A DNA stretch of 64,000 nucleotides from the NCBI GenBank assembly GCA_963708025.1, contig CAVPSB010000018.1:192001-256000 (forward strand). Reading direction: 5' to 3'. Position 1 is the stretch's first letter. The number at the start of each line of letters is the position of its first letter. The position numbers and the translations under genes were made by a program. Origin of the DNA: an uncultured Candidatus Rokubacteria bacterium (GTDB taxonomy: Bacteria > Methylomirabilota > Methylomirabilia > Rokubacteriales > DASRDR01). Shown piece by piece: positions 18,645 through 28,230 of the stretch. Below the pieces are notes generated by a model. It was not told the DNA's origin and did no database searches. It saw nothing but the letters and a program-made list of their open reading frames with translations.

Positions 18645-21082
18645 TCAGTCACGACGCCGGAAGATGCGCACGTCCCCGTGCCGGAACGCCAGCTCCATGA
18701 CGCGGGCCAGCTCGTCCTCCTCCCGGGGGCCGACGCCGTAGCGGAGGCGCTCGCGCGGTCCCAGGTACACGTAGCCGACCTCCCATCGAACCAGGAGTCG
18801 GCGCAGCGCCTCGGACGTGGTCGGCCGGTAAATCGCCTCCAGCGCGCTCGCCCGGCCCGCGGCCTGGCGGGCGAAGGCGGCCCCGCGCCACTGTACCTCG
18901 TGACCCTGCCATCCCAGGAGCGTCGCGCGCCCGGTGGCCACGCTGACGCGCCCGTCGGCCGGCCGGTAGCTGTCACCCGCCGCCTGGACGACCCGCGCCT
19001 CCGGGAGCGTGTTCGCGCGGATCCAGCGGATGGCGGCCGCCTCATCCGGGGCCTCGCGCTCGAGGTGCGCCAGGCCGTCCAGGGTCAGCCGGTCGGGTCT
19101 TGCGCCCGCGACGTTCCCGGCGACGCCGACGACGGCGTAGGCGAGGGCGCCCACGAGCACGACCACGGCCCCCCGGCCCAGCATCCGGACCATGCCCGCG
19201 TTGCGGAGCGCCGCGACGGCGCCGGCGGCCGCCGCGACCCCGAGCAGCAGCCAGGCCTGATAGTAGGCCTTGAAGATCGTGTTCATCCGGGTGCCGAAGC
19301 CGTCCCGCACGTACACCACCTCCGGGACGAGCACCAGGACGAGCCCCACCACGAGCAAGACGAGCGCGAAGCGGACGTCCGGGTCGCGGGGCGCTCTCCG
19401 TCGCCGGAGCGCGTCCCCCTCCCGCGGTGCGTCGTGCCAGAGCAGTGCCCCGGCGACGGCGAGCCCGGCCGCCAGCAGCGCGGCGCTCGGCCAGCCGCCT
19501 CGCCAGCGATCGAGAGCCGAGAGGAGGGGACTCGCGCCGCCGGCGCGCGGCGCCAGCGAGCCGAGCCACGCGCGACCGGACGGGCTGAAGGCCGCCGCCG
19601 CGGCCCCGGCCGCCAGTCCCAGGCCCGTCACCCCGAGCGTGGCGGCGAGGATCGCGCCGATCCGCCACGAGGCCGGCCGCCGCTCGCGCCAGCTCGCCCA
19701 GACGAGGGCCGCGACGCCGGGGGCGAACACGCCGAACACGGACGCGAGCTGGCCGAGCGGGGTGGGGTGGAACAGGTTCGGGAGCAGGCCTGTCACCTGG
19801 CTCTGGGCGGTGAGGAAGTGGGGCAGGCCGAGCACGGCGGCGCCGGCCGGGACCAGCAGCGAGACGACGAGGATCCGCCGACGGCATCGATACCGGGCGG
19901 CCACGCAGGCCAGGACGAGGAGGAGCCAGGCGGCCGGGAAGTTCCAGGTGTTGACGGCGATCAGGGCGCCGGCCGCGACGCCGACCACGATCGCCCCGAC
20001 CACCCCGAGCGGAAATCCGCCGAACCACCGGCACCCGCGCCCCGGGCGTCCCGCCGTCCGACCGCCCACGGCCCCGCGCGTGAGGAAGAGGGCCAGCGCC
20101 AGGGTGACCACCAGGACGTCGAGCGGCATGGCCAGGACGTGCGGATGATCGTCGCCGAGGAGGTAGCTGAAGAACGGGAACTCGTCGATGACCTCGATCG
20201 GTCGGCCGGTGAGGTCGGCATCGCGCAGCACGCGGCTGCTCGGCCACCACCACGGCGCGCCGACCGGTGCCGCCTCCGGGACCACGCCGCCGCCGAGCCA
20301 CGGCACCAGGCGCGGGAGCCAGCGGGCCGCTTCGCTCAGTCCGGCCGCCACGCCGTGCGGGTTCGCCGCCAGGGCCACCGCGCAGGCCGCGAGCAGGCCG
20401 CCGAGCACGGCCCGCCGCCGATCGCGCCCGGCGTCGCCTCGCCGCCCCAGGGCCGCGAGATTCGAGCCCAGGCTGTAGCAGCCGGCCGCCAGCAGGCCGA
20501 ACCAGCAGGCCTGACCGACGTTGTAGGCGATCTCGGGGGGCGTGTCGGCGAGTCGCGCCAGGGTCGCCAGGAGCCAGTAGCCCAGGTAGTAGTAGCTGAC
20601 CGCGTAGCCGGCGAGCCAGGGGTCGCGGGGGGGAAGGTCGGGCTGGTCCAGACCGCCGACAGGAAGAGCAGATCCATCGGCTGCTCGGTGTGACCGATGG
20701 CCGGGTCGCACGCCCGCACCAGGGCCCAGCCGCCGAAGGCCAGCAGGAAGACCGCCTCGACGGCCAGGAGCCGCGGGGCGTGGGCGCGCATCCACGCCAG
20801 CAGGGGCCGCGTGCCGCGCGCCGTCGGCTCGAGGCCGGGCCACCCCGCGACGACGGCGAGGCCGGTCACCACGAGGACGGCGAGCCCGGCGCCACCGGGG
20901 TCGTTGCGGAGGACGCCGTAGGCCGTGCCCAGCCACAACGTCACGCCGACGAGGAGGACCCCGAGGATCTTGCCGACGCCGTAGCCGCGATCGGGCAGGC
21001 GGCGGAAGAGCCGCCACGCCAGGGGGAAGGTCAGGAGGCCGAGCAGCTCGACGACGAGGTACCAGCGGAAGAGCGCCACCAT
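18645..21082 (-). pseudogene. Chlor_Arch_YYY (DUF2298) membrane protein split by a 1-nt frameshift in a C7 tract
   Basis: ORF 20336-21082 carries the N-terminus to TEQPMD..SPTFPP. The second frame resumes RDPWLAGYAVSYYYLG..EFPFFSYLLGDDHPH..MNTIFKAYYQAW. The G run at 20627-20633 has 7 nt; 8 would fuse the frames. Confidence 0.85.
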
Positions 21083-21145
21083 CGTCTTCGCGGGGTCATC
21101 CGACCGGGGCGAACCCCGCGGTCCGCTCGCCCCGGGCCGAGCCGA

Positions 21146-21652
21146 CTACTTGGTCCCCGTATAACTGTAAGTCACGACCTTCGGCGGGGGGACGCAGCCC
21201 GCGCTGAAGTTCAGACTCTCGGTCCCGTTGATCTGGTTTCCCGTGATCTGACCACTGACGGTGCTCGTCGCGGTGAACCGGCTGCTGAAGGTGTTGGTGC
21301 CCTGCCCGCTGTAGCTGCCATTCGGCTGGATCGTTATCGACATCACGCGGGTTTCGATCTGCATCCTGGAGGGGTTGAGCGTGATGATGATCGGTCCGCT
21401 GAACGTCGCCCTGAAATTGCAGCCGTCGTCCCGTGTCTTCGTGAAGTTGCTGTTGTACGTGCCCGCGAATTGGGCGAGGGGGTCGGCGGGGGGCGCGGGC
21501 GCGGGACCCCCAGGAGGGCCGGGTGTCGCGGTCGCCGGCACGGTCGTTGGCTCGATCGTGGGCGTGGTGGCCGGGCTGCAGTGGGCGATCACTCCCAGGG
21601 CCACGGCGAGCCCCAGGTAGGAGATGGCATTCTTCCTCGGCGTCCCCCTCAC
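21146..21652 (-). CDS. Small exported protein / probable lipoprotein with a Thr/Pro-rich linker
   Basis: GGAGG before GTG 21652; basic N-terminus and hydrophobic stretch ending VIAH-C (non-canonical lipobox); SPATTPTIEPTTVPATATPGPPGG linker; Ser/Thr/Asn-rich beta-type domain. Confidence 0.75.
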   Translation of the reverse strand: MRGTPRKNAISYLGLAVALGVIAHCSPATTPTIEPTTVPATATPGPPGGPAPAPPADPLAQFAGTYNSNFTKTRDDGCNFRATFSGPIIITLNPSRMQIETRVMSITIQPNGSYSGQGTNTFSSRFTATSTVSGQITGNQINGTESLNFSAGCVPPPKVVTYSYTGTK

Positions 21653-21761
21653 GGCAGGCCCTCCCAGGTCTGCCGAACGGCTCGAGTGTCGTCCGCCCGG
21701 CGAAGCGGAACCCCTCCCTTGACCAGCGGCACGAGCCGCACTCACGTGCCGGATCGGCGCG

Positions 21762-21791
21762 ACTCTAGCACCACGGCGGAGAGCCCGTCAA
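21762..21791 (-). promoter_or_regulatory. Sigma70-type promoter for the lipoprotein/GT-C operon
   Basis: Minus strand reads TTGACG-18 nt-TAGAGT with an extended -10 TG. Confidence 0.55.
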
Positions 21792-21844
21792 GCTTTGCGG
21801 ACCGCCGGCATCGGGTCTCGTCGAGGGCGCCCGCCCGACAGCGG

Positions 21845-21873
21845 TTGAGCCCACCAGGGTCGCCCGGTATCAT
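21845..21873 (+). promoter_or_regulatory. Sigma70-type promoter for the GT4-methyltransferase operon
   Basis: TTGAGC-17 nt-TATCAT, divergent from the promoter above. Confidence 0.5.
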
Positions 21874-21965
21874 ACCGGACACCAGATGCGGGTGATCGCG
21901 CGGCGGGAGGCCGGGACGCGGGGTGTCCTCTCGCGAGGCCGGGCGTCCGGACGGCGCCCTCCGAC

Positions 21966-23120
21966 GTGAGACTCCTCAGCATCCTCACGTACTATCATCC
22001 CCACTGGACCGGCCTGACCGCGCACGCCCAGCGCCTGGCCGAGGGTCTGGCGCGCCGGGGCCACGAGGTGACCGTGCTCACCTCGCGCTACTCGCCGGAG
22101 CTCGCGCCGGACGAGGTGTGCCGCGGGGTGCGTGTCCTGCGCCTGCCGGTCCTGGCCCGCGTCAGCCGGGGCGTGATCATGCCGACGTTCCCCGTCGCGG
22201 CCCGGCGGCTCGTCGAGGCCCACGACGTCGTGCAGTTCCACACGCCGATCCTGGAGGCCTGGCTGATCACGACGCTGGCGCGCCGGGCCGGCAAGCGGGC
22301 CCTGATGACCCACCACGGCGACCTCGTCATGCCCGGCCGGCCTTTCGACCGCCTGGTCGAGCGCTCGGTGACCCGGATGATGACGCAGGCGGGAAAGGCC
22401 GCCGCCGCGATCAGCGTGTACAGCCGGGACTACGCCGACCACTCGGCGTTCCTGCGCCCCTTCCGGGCCAAGCTCGTCTACATCCGTCCCCCGATCGACA
22501 TCCCGGTGCCCGACCGGGCGGCGGCGGTGGCCTGGAGGCGCGAGATCGGGCTGGACGGCGCGAGGGTCGTCGGCTTCGCGGGGCGATTCGTCGAGGAGAA
22601 GGGCTTCGACATCCTGCTGAAGGCGGTTCCGCTCGTCCGCGATCGTCTCCCGAACGTCAAGTTCGTCTACGCGGGTGAGACCCGGGTCGTCTACGAGCGC
22701 TTCCACGCCCGGTGGCGTCACCTGGTCGAGCGCTACCGCGCCCACGTCCTCATGCTGGGCCTGATCCGCGATCGCCAGCGGCTGGCCCAGTTCTATGCCA
22801 TGAGCGACGTGTTCGCCTTGCCGAGCCGGTCCGACACCCTGGCCGCCGTGCAGATCGAAGCCATGCTATGCGGCACCCCGGTCGTCGCCTCGGACATCCC
22901 GGGCGCCCGGGAGGCGGTGCGGATCACCGGGATGGGCCGGCTCGTCCGGCCCGAGGATCCCGAGGCCCTGGCCGATGGGCTGGCCGAGGTGGCGCGCGAC
23001 CGCGAGCGGTTCGTCCGGAGCCGCGACACCGTCCGGGCCGTGTTCGACCCCGAGCGGTCGGTGGACGAGTACGAGGCGCTCCTCGGGGTCCTGGCCGGGG
23101 ACGCGGCGGTCAGGGTGTGA
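21966..23120 (+). CDS. Glycosyltransferase family 4
   Basis: LARRGHEVTVLT, GFAGRFVEEKG, DVFALPS..DTLAAVQIEAMLCGTPVVASD. Confidence 0.9.
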   Translation: MRLLSILTYYHPHWTGLTAHAQRLAEGLARRGHEVTVLTSRYSPELAPDEVCRGVRVLRLPVLARVSRGVIMPTFPVAARRLVEAHDVVQFHTPILEAWLITTLARRAGKRALMTHHGDLVMPGRPFDRLVERSVTRMMTQAGKAAAAISVYSRDYADHSAFLRPFRAKLVYIRPPIDIPVPDRAAAVAWRREIGLDGARVVGFAGRFVEEKGFDILLKAVPLVRDRLPNVKFVYAGETRVVYERFHARWRHLVERYRAHVLMLGLIRDRQRLAQFYAMSDVFALPSRSDTLAAVQIEAMLCGTPVVASDIPGAREAVRITGMGRLVRPEDPEALADGLAEVARDRERFVRSRDTVRAVFDPERSVDEYEALLGVLAGDAAVRV

Positions 23121-24055
23121 CGCCCCTCCCCGGGTCGATGGAATCCGGGCGGGCGAAGCTGGATCGCCTGCTCCGCAACGAAGCCGACATGACGGCGAAG
23201 CATCGGGTCCGGGTGGTGCTGGAGTACCTGGACGTCCAGCCGGGCGATCGAGTGCTCGACTGCGGCTGCGGCTACGGATGGTTCCTGAAGGTGCTCGGCG
23301 AGATGTCCGCGTGCCGGCTCGTGGGGACGGACGTCGATCTGAACCGCCTGGGAAAGGCGCGGCGGGAGCTCGCCGCCGGAGCGGGCCCAGGGAGCGCGGC
23401 GGTGCTCGCTGCCGACGCCGCGCGCCTGCCCTTTCAGGACGACACCTTCGACAAGATCGTGCTGTCGGAGGTGCTCGAGCACCTGCCGGGCGATCGGGCC
23501 GCGCTGCTCGAGGTCCGGCGGGTGCTGAAGCCGGGCGGGGTGGTCGCGATCACGGTGCCCAATCGCGACTATCCGATGCTGTGGGACCCGGTGAACTGGC
23601 TGCGCGAGCGTCTGGGCCTGGCCCCCATCCGTCGTGGACTCTTCGGCGGGATCTGGACGGACCACCTGAGACTCTATCGTCGGGACGAGATCGTGCGTCT
23701 CGTGCGAGAGGCCCGCTTCGCCGTCGAGGACGTGCGGGGACTGGTGCACTACTGCGTCCCGTTCAGTCACAACCTCGTCTACGGGCTGGGCAAGCCGCTG
23801 GTCGAGCGCGGGCTGCTGGCCCGCGCCGATCGATTCCGCTACGCGGAGAACCGCGGGTCCATGTGGGACCCCCTGAACCTGGGGCGGTGGGTGTTCAACG
23901 CGATCGACCGGCTCAACGGCCCGGCGTCGGGCACGGCCGGGACGACGGTGGTCATCGGCCTGAAAGCGCGGAAGCCGGGCGGTCCACCCGGTGTCGAGAG
24001 TGCGGCGGTGACCGACCCGGGCGCGGTGGTCGCACGCACCGGACCGCCCGGCTGA
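23117..24055 (+). CDS. Class I SAM-dependent methyltransferase
   Basis: VLDCGCGYG, DAARLPFQDDTFD, SEVLEH, RVLKPGG. GTG overlaps the GT4 stop (alternative ATG 23138). Confidence 0.9.
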   Translation: MTPLPGSMESGRAKLDRLLRNEADMTAKHRVRVVLEYLDVQPGDRVLDCGCGYGWFLKVLGEMSACRLVGTDVDLNRLGKARRELAAGAGPGSAAVLAADAARLPFQDDTFDKIVLSEVLEHLPGDRAALLEVRRVLKPGGVVAITVPNRDYPMLWDPVNWLRERLGLAPIRRGLFGGIWTDHLRLYRRDEIVRLVREARFAVEDVRGLVHYCVPFSHNLVYGLGKPLVERGLLARADRFRYAENRGSMWDPLNLGRWVFNAIDRLNGPASGTAGTTVVIGLKARKPGGPPGVESAAVTDPGAVVARTGPPG

Positions 24056-24080
24056 TGGATGCCCTCGGTGGGGTCTCGCC

Positions 24081-24887
24081 ATGTCGCCGGCGCGGCTGAG
24101 GTACTACGTCGCCTCGATCCCGACGTTGCTGCGCGGGGTGAAGAACCGGGCGGCGACCGCCGCCGCCCTGCTCCGGGCGCGTCGCGGCGAGCCCTTCGTG
24201 GTCGAGTTGCGCGATGGGTGCCGCTTCAAAGTGGTGACCGCGCTGGATCTGTGGATCCTCAAGGAGGTGTGCCTCGACCGGGAATATGAGCGATACGGCG
24301 CGACGATCCGAAACGGCTGGACCGTCGTTGACGTCGGCGCGGGCCTCGGCGAGTTCTGCATCCAGGTCGCCCGCGAGCACCCCGACTGCCGCGTCTATGC
24401 GTTCGAGCCGGGGTCCGAGTCGTTCGCGCTGTTACGGGAGAACGTCGGCCTCAACGCCGTTCGAAACGTCAGCCTCTTCCCCTGGGCCGTCGGCGGGCGT
24501 GCCGGCGTGTCCGTCCTGCGTCTGGCGGCGGGCACACGGGCCCGGGCCAGCATCGCGACGGCGGCGGGAACCCCCGGACAGCCGTGGGCTGACGTGCCGA
24601 CGACGACGCTGGGCGAGATCTTCCGTGACCTGGACATTCCGCGGTGCGACTTCCTGAAGGTGGACTGCGAGGGCGCCGAGTACGACATCCTCATGGGCGC
24701 GGACGCCGGCACGCTGGACCGGATCGCGCACATGAGCATCGAGTACCACGATGGCGTCACGGCCTTCTCCGGCGTCGATCTGGCCCGATTCCTGGAGAGC
24801 CGGGGATTCCGGGTCCGTCAGGTCCGGAATCCCGCGTATCCCGCGAAGCTCGGGTGGCTGTCCGCAGCCCACCCCCGCCACGCCTGA
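24081..24887 (+). CDS. FkbM-family methyltransferase
   Basis: VVDVGAGLG, VYAFEP, FLKVDCEGAEYDIL, IEYH. Confidence 0.9.
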   Translation: MSPARLRYYVASIPTLLRGVKNRAATAAALLRARRGEPFVVELRDGCRFKVVTALDLWILKEVCLDREYERYGATIRNGWTVVDVGAGLGEFCIQVAREHPDCRVYAFEPGSESFALLRENVGLNAVRNVSLFPWAVGGRAGVSVLRLAAGTRARASIATAAGTPGQPWADVPTTTLGEIFRDLDIPRCDFLKVDCEGAEYDILMGADAGTLDRIAHMSIEYHDGVTAFSGVDLARFLESRGFRVRQVRNPAYPAKLGWLSAAHPRHA

Positions 24888-25030
24888 GCTTCTCAGCCCC
24901 AGAAGCTGCCGGGCAGGGCACCGGGTGCCCCGAAAGAACCACCAGACGACCGGTGTGATGGCCGCCAGGATCGGGAGCGGCACGAGCGCCTCGAGTAGCT
25001 CGGGACCTCCCGCCCACTTCCCCATGGCCC

Positions 25031-27559
25031 TCAGCGCTCGACCGGGCTCTCCTCCCCGAAGACGAGATCCTCCAGCCACTCGATCTGGATCCGATCGGGA
25101 CCCCGCAGGCTCCCGCCGTAGGCGCCGTTAACGGCGCGCCGGGTGGCCCACAGGACCACCTGCTTGCCCTGCTGCTGGAGCGTCCGGATCGCCTCGTGGA
25201 AGTCGCCGTCGCCGGTCCCGATCACGAAGACGGAGATCTCGGGGTGCTCCCGCAAGACCAGGTGGATCTTCTCCAGCAGCACGTGATCGGACGAGTTGGA
25301 CTTCGCCCCGCCGGCGATGTCCGAGAAGTACCCGGCGTTCTTCACGGCCTTCTGGTCACCCTCGAAGGTGGGCCGGTCCCAGTCCGCCACCGCCCAACGC
25401 TGGCGGGGGAGACCGTGGCGCCAAGCCGCGTCGCGGAGCCGGGTGGCCAGTTCGGCACCGGCGAGCCGGGACCGCAACGCCTGGGCCCGCCCGTCGGGCA
25501 TCTCGGCGATCAGGTCGGCCAGGCTGATCTTGATGTTCTCCCAGTCGAGCATGAGGGCGAGCGGCGGCCGCTCCGGACTGGCGCCGGACCGCTCGCGCCG
25601 GCGCTCGAGCGGGGGCGCCACGGCGGCCCGCCCGGCGTCGCGGGCCGGCGGGCTCTCGGGCTCTTCGCTCTCGCCGGGGGCGTCGGGCTCGGCGGGAGCC
25701 CGGCCGCTGGGGCCCAGCCGCTCCTCCCACATCCGGGCATCGGCGTCCGCCATGCCGGTGTCCCGCCAGCTCTGCTTCAGGATGCGGAGGCCGTCCTCCT
25801 GGAAGCCGTGGCGGAGACCCCAGCCGAGCAGGCCCCGCAGCACCTGGGTCTTCTTGCGGGGATCGACGTTCTTCTTGTGCTGCGTTGACCGCCAGCTCTG
25901 CTGGCGGCACCGCCAGGCCGCCGTCAGGTCGCCGGCCGTCTCGTTGAGGACCGCCGCGCATTCCCAGTTCTTGAAGACCCGGCCTTCGCTCCCGTAGGAC
26001 GCGCGCTGGCGGAACCACTCGACGCCGGCGGCGATGAGCGAGTGCTCGATGAAGTCGCGCGTGAGCTGGTCCAGCTCGTCGAACGCGAGCCGCTCCTTCG
26101 GATCCGGGAACACGCGGTCGGGGTCGCGCAGGATCCGGTTGATGCGACGGAAGTGGTCGCGGAAGGCCGCCGGCCCGCCGGGCCCGCCACCCTCCCGGAG
26201 CGCCTCCGCGTCCTGGAGCGCGGCCAGCAGGTGGGCCTCGTAGTAGCGGGCCTTGAGGAACAGCGTCGCCAGGACGTCGCGCCGGTTCTGCTCGAGCGCC
26301 CACAGGAGGCACAGCTCGAACACCTCGGAGGTGTGGGCGTCGTGTTCCAGCGCCGGCACCAGGACGTCGAGGGCTTCGGGAGCCCGGGACGGGAGGCGTC
26401 GCAGGGCGCACGCCAGGTTCCACCGCGCCGTCCAGCCCCGGTCCGGCCGGAAGTTCTCGGAGGCGATGGCCTCCTCCAGGAGCTCGATGATGTCGTGGAT
26501 GTCGGTGGTCCGGCCGAAGAGGGTCAGCGCGTACGCGTACCACTCCTTGGCGATGGTGTTGTGGCTCTTGCGGTAGTGGATGTCGTTGAACAGGTCGAGG
26601 GCGCGCGGATCCTGGCGGAGGATCAGGCCGCGCGCCTCGACGAAGGCCGGATCGGGGGCGCCGCTGACCCGCAGCTCGGACACCGGCTCCCGGTACTCGG
26701 CCTTCGCGTCCAGGCGAAGCCTGAGGTTCATCTCCAGCTCGTCGGCGATCTCCTCCAGGGCCTGACCCAGGGCCTGGGCGTCGCCGCGCTCGACCGCCTG
26801 GCGGATCGCCGACCAGACCGCGGGGGGAATTAGCGCCGAGAGGTCCTCCGGGCGACGGAGGGCGCGCTGCGCCTTGCGGGCGGCGGCCGGCGCCACTTCC
26901 TGGCCGATCTCCTCCCACTGCCGGCGGATCTTCTCGAGCCGGGTCGGGATCTCCATCGCCAGGACCGGCTCGATGTTTTCCCGGACGATCCGCTCGTGGA
27001 AGGCGGCATCGCCCTCGCCGGCCGCCCGGATCCGCTCCAGCTCGGACAGGAGCAGCTCGTTGACGCCGAGGAGGAGCTGGGGAGGGACGATGCCCCAGGC
27101 GGAGCGCACGAAGGTCAGGACGGCCTCCTGGATCGCGCCGGCGTCGGTCTCCCCGGCCTGGCAGCGACCGACCTCGTGGAGCACGAGCACCTTGAGCGCG
27201 TTCGAAAGGGTCTGCCGCATCGGCTGGGTTGCCCGGAGCAGGGGGTTGCCGCCCCGGAACATCTCGTGGGCAGCCTGGAAGAGCCGGAGGCCCTCGGCGA
27301 CCTCGCCGGTCCCGGCCGTCCGCCGGCCGAGCACGTCGAGCGCGAAGCCGAGGGTGACCAGCTCCCGGCTCCGGGAGCCGTCCCTGACCTGGGACGCCGT
27401 CGAGGGCGCCTCCCTCAGGGACAGGACGGCGGCGCGGTTCTTCTCGCGATGCTCCTCGGGAAAGTCGTCGAGGCGCGACTCGATGGTCGCGACCAGGTCA
27501 GGCAGTGCATCGACGATCTGCTCGGCCGACCAAAGATGCCACTCGAGAGGTTGACCCAT
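25031..27559 (-). CDS. 842-aa protein: alpha-helical/TPR-like region plus a C-terminal NYN (LabA/DUF88 PIN-like) nuclease domain
   Basis: C-terminal LMLDWENI...KSNSSD...IGTGDGDF..IRTLQQQGKQVVLW; TPR-like stretches such as ARWNLACALRR. AGGAG RBS. Confidence 0.8.
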   Translation of the reverse strand: MGQPLEWHLWSAEQIVDALPDLVATIESRLDDFPEEHREKNRAAVLSLREAPSTASQVRDGSRSRELVTLGFALDVLGRRTAGTGEVAEGLRLFQAAHEMFRGGNPLLRATQPMRQTLSNALKVLVLHEVGRCQAGETDAGAIQEAVLTFVRSAWGIVPPQLLLGVNELLLSELERIRAAGEGDAAFHERIVRENIEPVLAMEIPTRLEKIRRQWEEIGQEVAPAAARKAQRALRRPEDLSALIPPAVWSAIRQAVERGDAQALGQALEEIADELEMNLRLRLDAKAEYREPVSELRVSGAPDPAFVEARGLILRQDPRALDLFNDIHYRKSHNTIAKEWYAYALTLFGRTTDIHDIIELLEEAIASENFRPDRGWTARWNLACALRRLPSRAPEALDVLVPALEHDAHTSEVFELCLLWALEQNRRDVLATLFLKARYYEAHLLAALQDAEALREGGGPGGPAAFRDHFRRINRILRDPDRVFPDPKERLAFDELDQLTRDFIEHSLIAAGVEWFRQRASYGSEGRVFKNWECAAVLNETAGDLTAAWRCRQQSWRSTQHKKNVDPRKKTQVLRGLLGWGLRHGFQEDGLRILKQSWRDTGMADADARMWEERLGPSGRAPAEPDAPGESEEPESPPARDAGRAAVAPPLERRRERSGASPERPPLALMLDWENIKISLADLIAEMPDGRAQALRSRLAGAELATRLRDAAWRHGLPRQRWAVADWDRPTFEGDQKAVKNAGYFSDIAGGAKSNSSDHVLLEKIHLVLREHPEISVFVIGTGDGDFHEAIRTLQQQGKQVVLWATRRAVNGAYGGSLRGPDRIQIEWLEDLVFGEESPVER

Positions 27560-27748
27560 GGGACCTCGCTCCTACGTGCACGTGGCTCCCCGCCGGGGAG
27601 TGACAGCATTGGTCCGGTGACCGGGTGATCAAGGGGTGACGCCGCTCAAAGAGGCCCGGGTCGTGTCGTCGGGCTGACACCGGCTGCCCGCTGACTTCCC
27701 TGCGCGCTCGGCAGAAGCCCGGGGTCGGAGCGGGACCAACACTCCGAG

Positions 27749-28171
27749 CTACCGGCGACGCCGCGGCGCGGTCTTGCGGCTGGCCTGTCCCGCGTGCGGC
27801 CGCCGGGCGGGCTTCCGGGGGACGTGGCGGCTCGGAGCCGGCTTCCGGGGCGCGGGCTGGGGCTGCCGGACCGGAGCGTGGACAGGGATGGGTGCCGTCC
27901 GCTCCTTCATCGGCGGGGACTTGCGTGCTTTCGGGTCAACGGCCGGCTGGACGATAATGGACGGGGTGGCGTCGAGGAAGTGACGCACCGCGAACCCGCA
28001 GACCCGGCACCGCTTGTAGATGAACCGGCGGCCGTGCTCGTCGACCCGGGTCCGGCCCAGCACCTCCATCCGGACCGCACAGCACTTGTTGGGGGCCGGC
28101 GGCGAGATGATCCTTTTAGGATAAAGATTCTGAGCTTTTACATGACGTGTATAAACGATGATGCTCTTCAT
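27749..28171 (-). CDS. Small putative zinc-ribbon protein with a basic low-complexity tail
   Basis: KCCAVRM...YKRCRVCG Cys pairs; Pro/Arg/Lys-rich C-terminus; start uncertain. Confidence 0.6.
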   Translation of the reverse strand: MKSIIVYTRHVKAQNLYPKRIISPPAPNKCCAVRMEVLGRTRVDEHGRRFIYKRCRVCGFAVRHFLDATPSIIVQPAVDPKARKSPPMKERTAPIPVHAPVRQPQPAPRKPAPSRHVPRKPARRPHAGQASRKTAPRRRR

Positions 28172-28230
28172 GGTCCCAGCCGTGCTCGGGGGCATTTTCC
28201 CCGAATCGGCCGTAGTTTGCAAGTAGAATC

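Noticed and set aside
17571-20693. 1040-aa plus-strand ORF and similar long shadow ORFs (e.g. 30332-33109 minus, 7680-9881 minus, 47121-49274 minus)
   Set aside because: They are antisense to motif-bearing genes, have no recognisable motifs, and are expected from stop-codon scarcity in high-GC DNA.
27560-27748. Riboswitch or ncRNA upstream of the NYN gene
   Set aside because: Only a simple hairpin (about 27725-27747) is visible and I recognise no aptamer consensus; an Rfam scan would be needed.
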